Source: Candidatus Staskawiczbacteria bacterium
GTDB taxonomy: Bacteria > Patescibacteriota > Minisyncoccia > Minisyncoccales > Staskawiczbacteraceae
Length of the DNA stretch: 46,776 bases
Direction: 5' to 3'
NCBI GenBank assembly: GCA_016866675.1
Contig: VGLO01000002.1
Location: 1 to 46,776, forward strand
Shown here: piece by piece, positions 37,663 to 45,865 of the stretch
Numbering within the stretch: the first letter of the stretch is position 1
How the letters are laid out: each line of letters begins with the position of its first letter
Notes under the pieces: generated by a model
Told to the model about the DNA's origin: nothing
The model's database searches: none
What the model saw: only the letters and a program-made list of their open reading frames with translations
Made by a program: the position numbers and the translations under genes

Positions 37663-37696
37663 AACAAAAAATTCGCCCGAAAGGCGATTTTTTGTT
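37663..37696 (+). terminator. Terminator after the tRNA trailer
   Basis: AACAAAAAATTCGCC-CGAAA-GGCGATTTTTTGTT. Confidence 0.8.
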
Positions 37697-37707
37697 AGAA
37701 TGAGTTC

Positions 37708-38181
37708 ATGAAGATTAATAGCTTTTTAAAATTAATTATCTGTATTACCATTTCAGAATCAGCAGGAATTCTAGGATCTTTTTTCACAATTTCTGCAATT
37801 CCGACTTGGTATGCTTCATTGCAAAAACCATTCCTTAATCCTCCAGCTTGGATTTTTGGGCCAGTTTGGGTAACACTTTACTTATTGATGGGTATTTCGT
37901 TATGGCTGATTTGGAAAAGTGATTCAAAAGAAAAAAAGAAGGCAATACGGTTATTTCTTATACAATTAGTTTTAAATGCTATTTGGTCACCCATCTTTTT
38001 TGGAGGACAATCCATCGGAGGAGCATTAGCGGTTATTGTTCTTTTGTGGGCGGTTATTGTGTTAGCTATCTTAGTGTTTACTAGAATTTCTAAAGTGGCT
38101 GCTTGGCTTCTTATTCCATATATTCTTTGGGTTAGCTTTGCCGGATACTTAAACTTCATGCTATTTATTCTTAATCATTAA
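37708..38181 (+). CDS. tspO: TspO/MBR tryptophan-rich sensory protein
   Basis: WY..L.KP..NPP.WIFGPVW..LY.LMG, QL.LN..WS.IFF, PY..WV.FA..LN. Confidence 0.95.
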   Translation: MKINSFLKLIICITISESAGILGSFFTISAIPTWYASLQKPFLNPPAWIFGPVWVTLYLLMGISLWLIWKSDSKEKKKAIRLFLIQLVLNAIWSPIFFGGQSIGGALAVIVLLWAVIVLAILVFTRISKVAAWLLIPYILWVSFAGYLNFMLFILNH

Positions 38182-38186
38182 AACTT

Positions 38187-38579
38187 ATGAAAGGATATAT
38201 TCAAAATATTGAAAAGTTATCACTAGAAAACAATAACTTCCGCCAAGTACTATACACTGATAAGAATAGTCAGTTAGTGCTTATGTCATTATTAGCAGGG
38301 GAGGAGATTGGGGAGGAAGTGCATGACGTCGATCAATTTCTAAGAGTAGAAAAAGGTACCGGCAAGGCAGTGCTTGAAGGCACTTCCCATGACATTACCG
38401 ACGGCAGCGTTATTGTAGTCCCGGCTGGCACTAAGCATAACATTATGAATACTAGTTCTGAATCAATGAAGTTGTATACTCTCTACATGCCTCCGCATCA
38501 CCGTGATGGAGTGATCCATAAAACTAAGGCTGAAGCGGAAGCCGACACTGAACATTTTGACGGGAAGATAACTGAGTAG
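38187..38579 (+). CDS. Cupin domain protein
   Basis: NFRQVLYT, QLVLMSL..GEEIGEEVH..DQF, VPAGTKHN, KLYT.Y.PP.H. Confidence 0.9.
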   Translation: MKGYIQNIEKLSLENNNFRQVLYTDKNSQLVLMSLLAGEEIGEEVHDVDQFLRVEKGTGKAVLEGTSHDITDGSVIVVPAGTKHNIMNTSSESMKLYTLYMPPHHRDGVIHKTKAEAEADTEHFDGKITE

Positions 38580-38586
38580 TAAATGT

Positions 38587-38859
38587 ATGAAATATTTTGA
38601 ATACGGGGTTCGTACTCATGAATCAAAAGGATTTATTGGGCAATTCGGCGAGAAACCAAACAAGCAATGGGAGATGGTGATGGATGCACTTACACGACTT
38701 GGAATCCAAGGCTGGGAAGTTTACCAAGTTGTTAATAAAAATGATGTAGTGCATTTTTTCCTCAAAAGAGAAATTTCTCAAACGGATGCCGAAAGGATAT
38801 ATGGCACTAAGGATGAAGAGACTTACCCGTTAGGATTTGTTGACCATATCAAAAAATAA
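38587..38859 (+). CDS. Hypothetical protein, DUF4177-like
   Basis: KYFEY.V...L..LG.QGWEV..V...FFLKR pattern. Confidence 0.65.
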   Translation: MKYFEYGVRTHESKGFIGQFGEKPNKQWEMVMDALTRLGIQGWEVYQVVNKNDVVHFFLKREISQTDAERIYGTKDEETYPLGFVDHIKK

Positions 38860-38865
38860 GTAGTT

Positions 38866-40182
38866 TCAGAAAATCGCTATTTTTCTATCCTTGAGCACTA
38901 GCTTACTTTTCAGGAAAAATAGCAGCTCTCTTTTTTCAACCAATGTGCCTTCCTTGAGTAAATACTTAGCGTAGTTCCGTATATCAACTTCGCTATTGCT
39001 ATTTCCTTTTTTGTGTCCAAGTACTCCAATCCTGAATTTATTGAATCTAGCTATTTCTTGCTCAATTCTCGATTTTACACCAAGTTCGTCTAGATTAATT
39101 TTATCCATTAAATTTGTTAGCTCCTCAATTAAACTTGGTTCATTTATGGCCGGATTGCTGCAGTCTATATTTCTCGCTTTGGTGCAGAAGTAATAGACGT
39201 GTCTGTTTGTGCCACCATCTTTTAATTTCTTGAATTTCTCATCGGCGGATATTCCTGATCCGCAGTATCCGCATTTGATAAGTTTAGTGAAGGCGAATTC
39301 TTTTGATTCTGTTTTTGGTACAAAGTTTTCACTTAATGCAGTTTGAACTTTATCAAAGAGAGGTTTGTCTATAATTGGTGTATGTTTTCCGTTGTACCAA
39401 TTTCCGCTACCAACAGGGAATTCAAACTCTCCATAGTAGAAAGGGTTTCTTAATATCAGGTAAATATTGCCAAGCACTAGGGGTTTGCCAGTTTTACTTT
39501 TAAATTCTATTTCATTAAGCCATCTGAATAATTTTCTACCACTCCATTGTTCATTGGCTACTTTCTCAAACATTTGTTTGATAACAGGTGCTCTCTTAGG
39601 ATCTATTCTGCATTGGCATTTTTTATCGACATGTTTTTCATTGAGATAGCCAGTCGGAGCTACTCCGGGTCGATATCCCATTTCACACCGTGTCTTCAGT
39701 CCACGTTTTACGTTTACCGCTTTATTATCATTCTCTAGTTTAGCTTGGCTCCCAAGTATCATAAGTAGGAATTTCTCATTTGGGTTATTGGTAAATCGTT
39801 GCCCATGAGTTCTTATCTCAATCAGTAATTTTTGATCTATCAAATCTACTATTGACCCAAGGTCACCTGCGTTTCGGCTTAGTCTATCTGGTGCCCAAGT
39901 GAGAATCGCATTGTATTTTCCAATCCTAATTTCATCAATCATCTCATTAAAGATTTTTCTTTGGCCAACTTCCTTAGAAGAATGCGATTCTCGTTTGATA
40001 TCAATAATTTTCAGATTCTCTTTTTCCGCCAGTGCCAACATCTCTTTAATCTGAGAATCTATGGAGAGCACCTGCTTATCCTCGGCCTCCGTTGATTTGC
40101 GTGCGTAGAGGCAGTATTTAAGCTTAGGAGCCACAATAGGAGGGGATTGGCCATTCCTTTGCGTCGTTATTGTTTGTGTCAT
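38866..40182 (-). CDS. Large serine recombinase
   Basis: YARKST...Q..SI..Q, DRLSRN, IL.NP.Y.G recombinase domain, CGYCG...YY.C...C Zn ribbon; start reassigned to ATG 40182. Confidence 0.93.
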   Translation of the reverse strand: MTQTITTQRNGQSPPIVAPKLKYCLYARKSTEAEDKQVLSIDSQIKEMLALAEKENLKIIDIKRESHSSKEVGQRKIFNEMIDEIRIGKYNAILTWAPDRLSRNAGDLGSIVDLIDQKLLIEIRTHGQRFTNNPNEKFLLMILGSQAKLENDNKAVNVKRGLKTRCEMGYRPGVAPTGYLNEKHVDKKCQCRIDPKRAPVIKQMFEKVANEQWSGRKLFRWLNEIEFKSKTGKPLVLGNIYLILRNPFYYGEFEFPVGSGNWYNGKHTPIIDKPLFDKVQTALSENFVPKTESKEFAFTKLIKCGYCGSGISADEKFKKLKDGGTNRHVYYFCTKARNIDCSNPAINEPSLIEELTNLMDKINLDELGVKSRIEQEIARFNKFRIGVLGHKKGNSNSEVDIRNYAKYLLKEGTLVEKRELLFFLKSKLVLKDRKIAIF

Positions 40183-40326
40183 GTTGATACAGTTTAGTTG
40201 AATACATCTATTCGACCTTTTCTGTATCAAGGAATGACGCAATAGCGCTAAGGAGTCCAGGCCCCATCAGTTGGTAACTTCTACCCTACAGTCGCGTAAC
40301 GGGTGATTTTTTGATAGGATTGAATT

Positions 40327-41484
40327 ATGAGAAAAGTCCTATTACTAACTCTCTTTTTTATTGGCATATCTGTTTTGCCTTTTAATGCCTTTGCTCAAAA
40401 TTCATTCGAGCAGAAGATTTCAGTTGTAAAAGCAAGAGTGGTTGAGATTATTAGTGAGAGAACAGAAGATTATGAAGATATAGATGGCTTTGCCGAAACG
40501 ACAACAATACAGGAAATTAGAGTAAGAATTTTAGAAGGAGAAAAAGAGGGGAATATTGTAGAATTTTCAAATGATTATTTAGCACTCAAATCTGGCGAAA
40601 CTTTTTATTTGAATATTATAGAACAGCCAGATGGAACCATATCCTATAACCTTAATTCGCCATATAGGCTTAATACTCTTTTTATCTTTTTAATACTGTT
40701 CCTAATTGTCGTATGTTGGCTGGGAGGAAGGCAGGGCATTAGAGGATTGATTAGTTTGGCTGGAAGCTTAATTTTGATTGTATTTGTGCTCATCCCAAGT
40801 ATTCTTAGTGGATTCTCTCCGATTGTTGCCAGTTTAGGCATTGCCTCGGTAATCATCATTGCCGGTTCTTACATTACTCACGGATTCAATAAAACTACTA
40901 CCGCCGCAGTTGCGGGCATGATGGTTACCATTCTAATAACAGGAGTAATGGCATACTATGCGATGAACGTAGGCCGCCTCGAAGGATTAGATGAACACGC
41001 TATTTATCTTAACATCGGCAGTCAGATTAATATTGATTTAACGGGGCTTTTATTTGGAGCCATTTTGATTGGGCTTTTGGGAGTGCTATATGATGCAGCT
41101 ATAAGTCAGGCCATAGCTATTGAGGAGTTACACAGAGTAGCTCCACATCTTAACCGATGGGTAATTTACAAAAGAGGCATTAGAATTGGAAGAGAGCATA
41201 TTGGAGCTTTGGTTGATACACTTGCCATTGCCTATGTGGGAGCATCCCTGCCACTCCTTCTTCTTTACGCTAAGAGCAATGAGCCATTTTTATTAACTAT
41301 AAATCAGGAAATTTTCGCTACGGAAATCATTCGTATTCTTGTTAGTAGTATTGGCTTGATTTTGGCAGTTCCTCTAACCACGCTTCTTGCAGCTTATATT
41401 ATCATTAAAGATAATAGCGGAAGTTCTGATGAAGCAACTATTAAGAAAGAGGAAAAAGATCTTGATCACGTAGGGCATATTTAG
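40327..41484 (+). CDS. YibE/F family membrane protein
   Basis: IG.LG.L.D.A.SQA, GREHIG..V.TL..AY.GASLPLL, EI.R....SIG.I.AVP.TT. Confidence 0.9.
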   Translation: MRKVLLLTLFFIGISVLPFNAFAQNSFEQKISVVKARVVEIISERTEDYEDIDGFAETTTIQEIRVRILEGEKEGNIVEFSNDYLALKSGETFYLNIIEQPDGTISYNLNSPYRLNTLFIFLILFLIVVCWLGGRQGIRGLISLAGSLILIVFVLIPSILSGFSPIVASLGIASVIIIAGSYITHGFNKTTTAAVAGMMVTILITGVMAYYAMNVGRLEGLDEHAIYLNIGSQINIDLTGLLFGAILIGLLGVLYDAAISQAIAIEELHRVAPHLNRWVIYKRGIRIGREHIGALVDTLAIAYVGASLPLLLLYAKSNEPFLLTINQEIFATEIIRILVSSIGLILAVPLTTLLAAYIIIKDNSGSSDEATIKKEEKDLDHVGHI

Positions 41485-41531
41485 CAAAAAGGGTGCTATA
41501 ATAAATAAAAAGATTAGAAATAAAAACTATT

Positions 41532-42212
41532 ATGGATAAAAAATATATCATGCTGGGAGTGGGAATTGCGGGCACTGCTATTTTGGGAGTTGTTGGATTT
41601 TACTTTCTAACACCTGCCGTTGCGCCGACGCAAACAGCACAAGAGTCAGTTGAAATGCTGCCGGAAATGCAAAGCCCGGGAGAAAAAACATTTGCTGTTA
41701 TTGGGGCAGAATCAAGCGCCACCTATCAACTTGGAGAAGTGCTGAATGGCAAGCCAACGCAGGTTATTGGCACTACCAGCGATATTGCCGGCAGTGTAGT
41801 AATAAGTATGAATAATCCTTCCGCAGTTACATTTGGGGAAATCAAAATAAATGCCAGAACATTTAAAACAGACATTGCTAATCGTGATAATAACGTAAGG
41901 AAGTTGGTGCTAAAAGCTGATGAACCAGCTAATGAATTTATCGTATTCAAACCAACATCGGTAACAGGTGTGCCCGCTACTCTAGAGGTGGACAAAGAAT
42001 TTCCAGTAACTATTATTGGCGATATTACCATTGCTGGTGTAACTAAATCGGTAACTTTTACCGGAAACATGATTTTTGGTACAAATAATGCGAAAGTGAT
42101 GGCAAATACTATGTTGGCCTACGAAGAATTTGGCGTATTTGTGCCGAATTTCCCATTCTTGGCCAACGTAGATAAAATGGTAAAGCTAAGTGTTTCCTTG
42201 GTGGCAAAATAA
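41532..42212 (+). CDS. YceI-family (lipid/polyisoprenoid-binding) protein
   Basis: N-terminal TM; S.A.Y...E.L.G....V.G.T..I.G, TD...RD, GD.TI.GVTK.VTF. Confidence 0.85.
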   Translation: MDKKYIMLGVGIAGTAILGVVGFYFLTPAVAPTQTAQESVEMLPEMQSPGEKTFAVIGAESSATYQLGEVLNGKPTQVIGTTSDIAGSVVISMNNPSAVTFGEIKINARTFKTDIANRDNNVRKLVLKADEPANEFIVFKPTSVTGVPATLEVDKEFPVTIIGDITIAGVTKSVTFTGNMIFGTNNAKVMANTMLAYEEFGVFVPNFPFLANVDKMVKLSVSLVAK

Positions 42213-42254
42213 TAAAAAAGCCGCCAAGGTTTTTACCGAGGCGGTTTTTTTATT
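42211..42254. terminator. Bidirectional terminator
   Basis: AATAAAAAAGCCGCC...GGCGGTTTTTTTATT between convergent genes. Confidence 0.8.
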
Positions 42255-42257
42255 GCA

Positions 42258-42881
42258 TTATTTCTTAATGAAGAACGGTTTAACTGCATAGGTGTACGCA
42301 ATGCAGAGAAAAGCGGTAATGCCGTAAAAAATCCATACCACCCGCGTGGGACCTGATTGTAGAGTACTACCAATTTTGAGAGCGTGGAAAAAACTCAAAA
42401 GAAATCCGATATTGCTAATTATTAGTACCGCATTCCAGTGTTTTGAAAAAAACTGAAACTTTCTTTTGAGAGCCTTGACAACGTCGTAACTAATGAGTAA
42501 AAGCCAACTGATAATTCCCAGGGTAACGGGTATAGTTCCGTAGTAAAGATAAATATTTTTCATGCTAAATTGCATGCCAATAAGCAATAGCAGGGGGTGG
42601 AGAATCAAGCTAATCAAGATAATTAAAGCGGTAACATTGACGGTAATATCGAAGGGAATATATTTTCTTAGCCAATTTTCAAACGCTCCCATGAGCGAGT
42701 GTAGCCATAAAAGTGAGGCCGCCAGCAAACCAAAAAACGGAAATAACATCATGGGCAAGTGACTGTCAAAAGCCCACTGGGTTGCTTGGAATCGCACCGA
42801 TAAAGGATAAAGCACTGCCGTAGCCGCAAAAAGCGTGATAAGAGTAGTGATAATGTTGGCCTTGGTAATGTGATATTGCAT
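42258..42881 (-). CDS. Ferric reductase-like transmembrane protein
   Basis: About 6 TM; FGL.A..L.W.H, LHP, F.H...IGS. Confidence 0.6.
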   Translation of the reverse strand: MQYHITKANIITTLITLFAATAVLYPLSVRFQATQWAFDSHLPMMLFPFFGLLAASLLWLHSLMGAFENWLRKYIPFDITVNVTALIILISLILHPLLLLIGMQFSMKNIYLYYGTIPVTLGIISWLLLISYDVVKALKRKFQFFSKHWNAVLIISNIGFLLSFFHALKIGSTLQSGPTRVVWIFYGITAFLCIAYTYAVKPFFIKK

Positions 42882-42922
42882 ATTTTTATGTATTATATCA
42901 CAGTGTGCTACAATAAGAACGT

Positions 42923-44302
42923 ATGATACCTAATAATTCTCCCTGGATACAACAGCTTAAGCGCACTCGGCCGGTTGTGTCACTGGATAAAAATATAGCT
43001 TCTGATGTTGTAATTGTTGGCGGCGGCATTGCCGGAGCAGCCACGGCCTTTTTTGCGCTCCGTAATACTGATAAGTCCATTATTCTTATTGAAGCGGGCA
43101 AGGTAGCCCATGGAGCTACCGGACACAATGCTGGGCAGGTCGCAAGTTACTTTGAGAGGTCTCTTTCGGGAATGATTGAAGAGTTCGGTGTTGAGATGGC
43201 AGTTAATGGCCAGCGTTCCATTGAATCGGCATGGATGTTGCTTGACCAAATCATAGTAGAAGCAAAACTGCAGACTCCATTATATAAGTTTACGGGCTAC
43301 GCCGGATTATCAAGCTTTGATCAGGTGGTTAGCCACCTTAAAAGCAACCGTTATCGCGTGGCTCATAATTTGTTACAGGAATCTATTATGCTTGCCGAAA
43401 ACTGGGATCGGTTGGCGGATGTGCCTAGTGAGCACAAAAGCCTTTATACAATTGCTCCCCAAGCGGATTTACTTAAGCTTCTTGAAACGAATAATAAAGA
43501 TTACATAGCTGCGCTTTCCTATCCGAAAGGGTGTATGAATAGCACCCTATTTACCGAAGAGCTTATCGGCTACCTTATGGCGACATATAAAAACCGTTTT
43601 TCTTTTTATGAAGGCAGTCCCATGAAAAAGGTGGAGCTTAATAAGAACGAAGCAGTGCTTGAAGTGCTTTCGCACACCATAAGGGCTGGAAAAGTTATTT
43701 TATGCACTAATGGATTCGAAAATTTCACCATCCAAAACAATGTCGGCGATGAAATTAATACGAAATTCCACCATTTGGTTGATGGGCGAATTGGCTATAT
43801 GGCAGGATATGTGCAACCGCTGGACCAGCCTCCCGTTGCGGTAAGCTATTTCTCAAAAACCAAGGAAATCATTAAGGATCCAACCGGTGAAAGCTATTTT
43901 TATTTAACTCGCCGTCCTTATGAGTATGGGGGCGATACCTCTTACAACCTTGTTTGTGCCGGTGGACCGGAAAAAGTACTCCCGAACGAAGCGATGTATG
44001 TACCAGAAGAATCTTGGGAGGATGCCAAAAACCTAATAGCTGATTTTCTCCGTAGTAACTACGGTAAACATCCAAAGGAGGATATAGAATATTCATTTTA
44101 CTGGCATGGCCTTATGGGGTATACTCCCAATGGCATTCGGCGGATCGGGCCTGAATCATGTAACCCTATCCTTCTCTATAACCTTGGATGTAACGGAGTA
44201 GGCATTTTGCCATCAATTTTTGGCGGTCAACGCATCGCCAAGTTTTTAAATGGCGAAGATGTCGAAAAATCTATCTTTGATCCTCAGGATCAAGTGAAAT
44301 AA
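42923..44302 (+). CDS. FAD-dependent oxidoreductase (DAO/DadA family)
   Basis: DVVIVGGGIAG, ILIE, GATGHNAG, CTNG, W.G.MGYT, GCNG.G. Confidence 0.9.
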   Translation: MIPNNSPWIQQLKRTRPVVSLDKNIASDVVIVGGGIAGAATAFFALRNTDKSIILIEAGKVAHGATGHNAGQVASYFERSLSGMIEEFGVEMAVNGQRSIESAWMLLDQIIVEAKLQTPLYKFTGYAGLSSFDQVVSHLKSNRYRVAHNLLQESIMLAENWDRLADVPSEHKSLYTIAPQADLLKLLETNNKDYIAALSYPKGCMNSTLFTEELIGYLMATYKNRFSFYEGSPMKKVELNKNEAVLEVLSHTIRAGKVILCTNGFENFTIQNNVGDEINTKFHHLVDGRIGYMAGYVQPLDQPPVAVSYFSKTKEIIKDPTGESYFYLTRRPYEYGGDTSYNLVCAGGPEKVLPNEAMYVPEESWEDAKNLIADFLRSNYGKHPKEDIEYSFYWHGLMGYTPNGIRRIGPESCNPILLYNLGCNGVGILPSIFGGQRIAKFLNGEDVEKSIFDPQDQVK

Positions 44303-44328
44303 ATCAATACGCTTGTGGGTGCAAGATT

Positions 44329-44992
44329 ATGATTGAAAAAATTACTTTTTATATATCGCCAATTGTCACGGAATACGGCGCGTTCGGCGTTTTTTTAGCC
44401 ACTCTGCTTGAAGAAATTGTTGCGCCCATTCCTTCACCGCTCGTTCCACTTATGGCAGTTTTTTCTTTTGCCGGCCAGCGAGGGCTTACTAATAGTAGCT
44501 TGGCGGGCACTGTTTGTTATCGCTTTTCCGGTCGCTCTTGGAATAACTCTTGGATCACTGGCTATTTACGGTATTGGTTATTGGGGAGGAAAACCTGTCA
44601 TTGAAAAAACTGAAAAATGGCTTGGATTAAGCTGGCAGGATGTGGAAAAAACAGAACGGAGACTTATCCGCGGAAGAGGCGATGAGATTGCACTTTTTGT
44701 GTTGAGAGTATTGCCGATTGTTCCGGGCGTAGCGATCTCCTGTTTTTGCGGAATAGTACGCTATCCCCTAAAAACATTTGCGATGATTACCTTTCTTGGC
44801 GCACTAGTACGTGCTGTTGCTTTAGGTATTGCGGGTTGGTATGTGGGAGCAGTGTATCTAGCATACGTAGATGCCATTTCTAAAATAGAGAATTATATTT
44901 TTGCCATTTTAATTATTTTAGGATTATTCTTTGTAGGACGATTCTTTTTTAAAAAATATCATGATGCAAAAGAAAAACATTCTGTCAACTAA
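44329..44992 (+). pseudogene. DedA/VTT family membrane protein with a frameshift at a T6 run (44459-44464)
   Basis: ORF1 LEEIVAPIPS.LV..MA; ORF2 continues FFLLP...GSL..Y.IGY.GG...LRVLP.VP...CG.VR. Confidence 0.8.
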
Positions 44993-45131
44993 TCATATTG
45001 AAGAATTGGCTAGCCATGATGCTATCAAATTAAAAACCCCAGTAAGCGAAGTCGCTTGGCATGAATTGGGTCATCATTTAGGTTTTAGCGAAAAGGAAAT
45101 TCGTGCATTTGAAGCTAAAAGAGGAAAATAA
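44961..45131 (+). pseudogene. C-terminal remnant of a minimal zincin metallopeptidase
   Basis: 56-aa ORF containing IEELA...VAWHELGHHLGFSEKEI (HExxHxxG); N-terminal part absent. Confidence 0.6.
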
Positions 45132-45194
45132 TCTGCGAAGTTCAGTGAACTAAAGATAGAAGTCAATAGATGGCGAAGCAATTACTTCGTTCTT

Positions 45195-45626
45195 TTAATT
45201 CTTCGAATTACACTTTTTACAAAGTCCGTAAAATTCCAATGAGTGATGCTTGATTTGGGTAAACCCTTTGGTTTGTCCTAAAATCTGTTGATGCACCGTT
45301 TCTAAATTACAATCTTCAATATCCTCAATCCTACCACATCCCGTGCAGATGATATGGTGATGATGGGCCATATCAAAAAACTCATAATGAGCATTATTCT
45401 GCCGCAAATCTATCTGGCGAATAATTCCATTCTCTTTCAGTTTGGTCACACAGCGATAAACAGTTGCTGGGTCAAGATGCCTATCAATGCCATTAATAAT
45501 ATCTTGGCTACTGATAGGTTTTTTTGATTTCTGAATAAAGGAAAGAATAGTTAAATGTCCAGGTGTTGCTTTCATTCCTGCTTTGCGAAGTAGGGAGTAG
45601 AGTTGATTTTCTTGGTCACTTTTCAT
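45195..45626 (-). CDS. Fur-family metalloregulator (Zur/Fur/PerR-like)
   Basis: ATVYR, HHHHIICTGCG.IE, H.LEFYG.CKKC. Confidence 0.95.
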   Translation of the reverse strand: MKSDQENQLYSLLRKAGMKATPGHLTILSFIQKSKKPISSQDIINGIDRHLDPATVYRCVTKLKENGIIRQIDLRQNNAHYEFFDMAHHHHIICTGCGRIEDIEDCNLETVHQQILGQTKGFTQIKHHSLEFYGLCKKCNSKN

Positions 45627-45632
45627 ATTGTC

Positions 45633-45661
45633 ACTTTAACACAAACGCAAGTTACTTGCAA
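45633..45661 (-). promoter_or_regulatory. Leaderless promoter of the Fur-family gene, overlapped by palindromic operator GCAAGT-T-ACTTGC (45647-45659)
   Basis: TTGCAA-17-TAAAGT, ATG 6 nt downstream; perfect 6-1-6 palindrome over the -35/spacer. Confidence 0.65.
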
Positions 45662-45666
45662 TTAAT

Positions 45667-45695
45667 TTGACCCGGGTATTCACATTGTTTATATT
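45667..45695 (+). promoter_or_regulatory. Promoter of the CobW-like gene
   Basis: TTGACC-17-TATATT. Confidence 0.6.
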
Positions 45696-45714
45696 GTCTC
45701 TATCAGCTGCCTTA

Positions 45715-45821
45715 ATGTAGTCAGCGCTTAGCTCGCTTTAATTTTTAAACTATATGCCTGTTTGTGCTCCGTCCACATATGGTTTTGACCTTATTTAAAG
45801 CGAGTTAAACGCTGACTACAT
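45715..45821 (+). other. Long rod-shaped inverted repeat in the CobW-like gene leader
   Basis: 27-nt arms 45715-45741 and 45795-45821 (1 mismatch, 1 G-U), plus inner 10-bp stem 45747-45756/45776-45785. Confidence 0.85.
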
Positions 45822-45865
45822 AGGGTTTTCAGCAGTTCTTTCCAATTCAGATCAGGAGATTCCAA

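Noticed and set aside
896..44096. Numerous antisense or overlapping ORFs in the six-frame track (e.g. 896-1165, 4292-4669, 14017-14391, 22762-23148, 30480-30881, 41726-42070)
   Set aside because: Shadows of well-identified genes; no motifs or expression signals.
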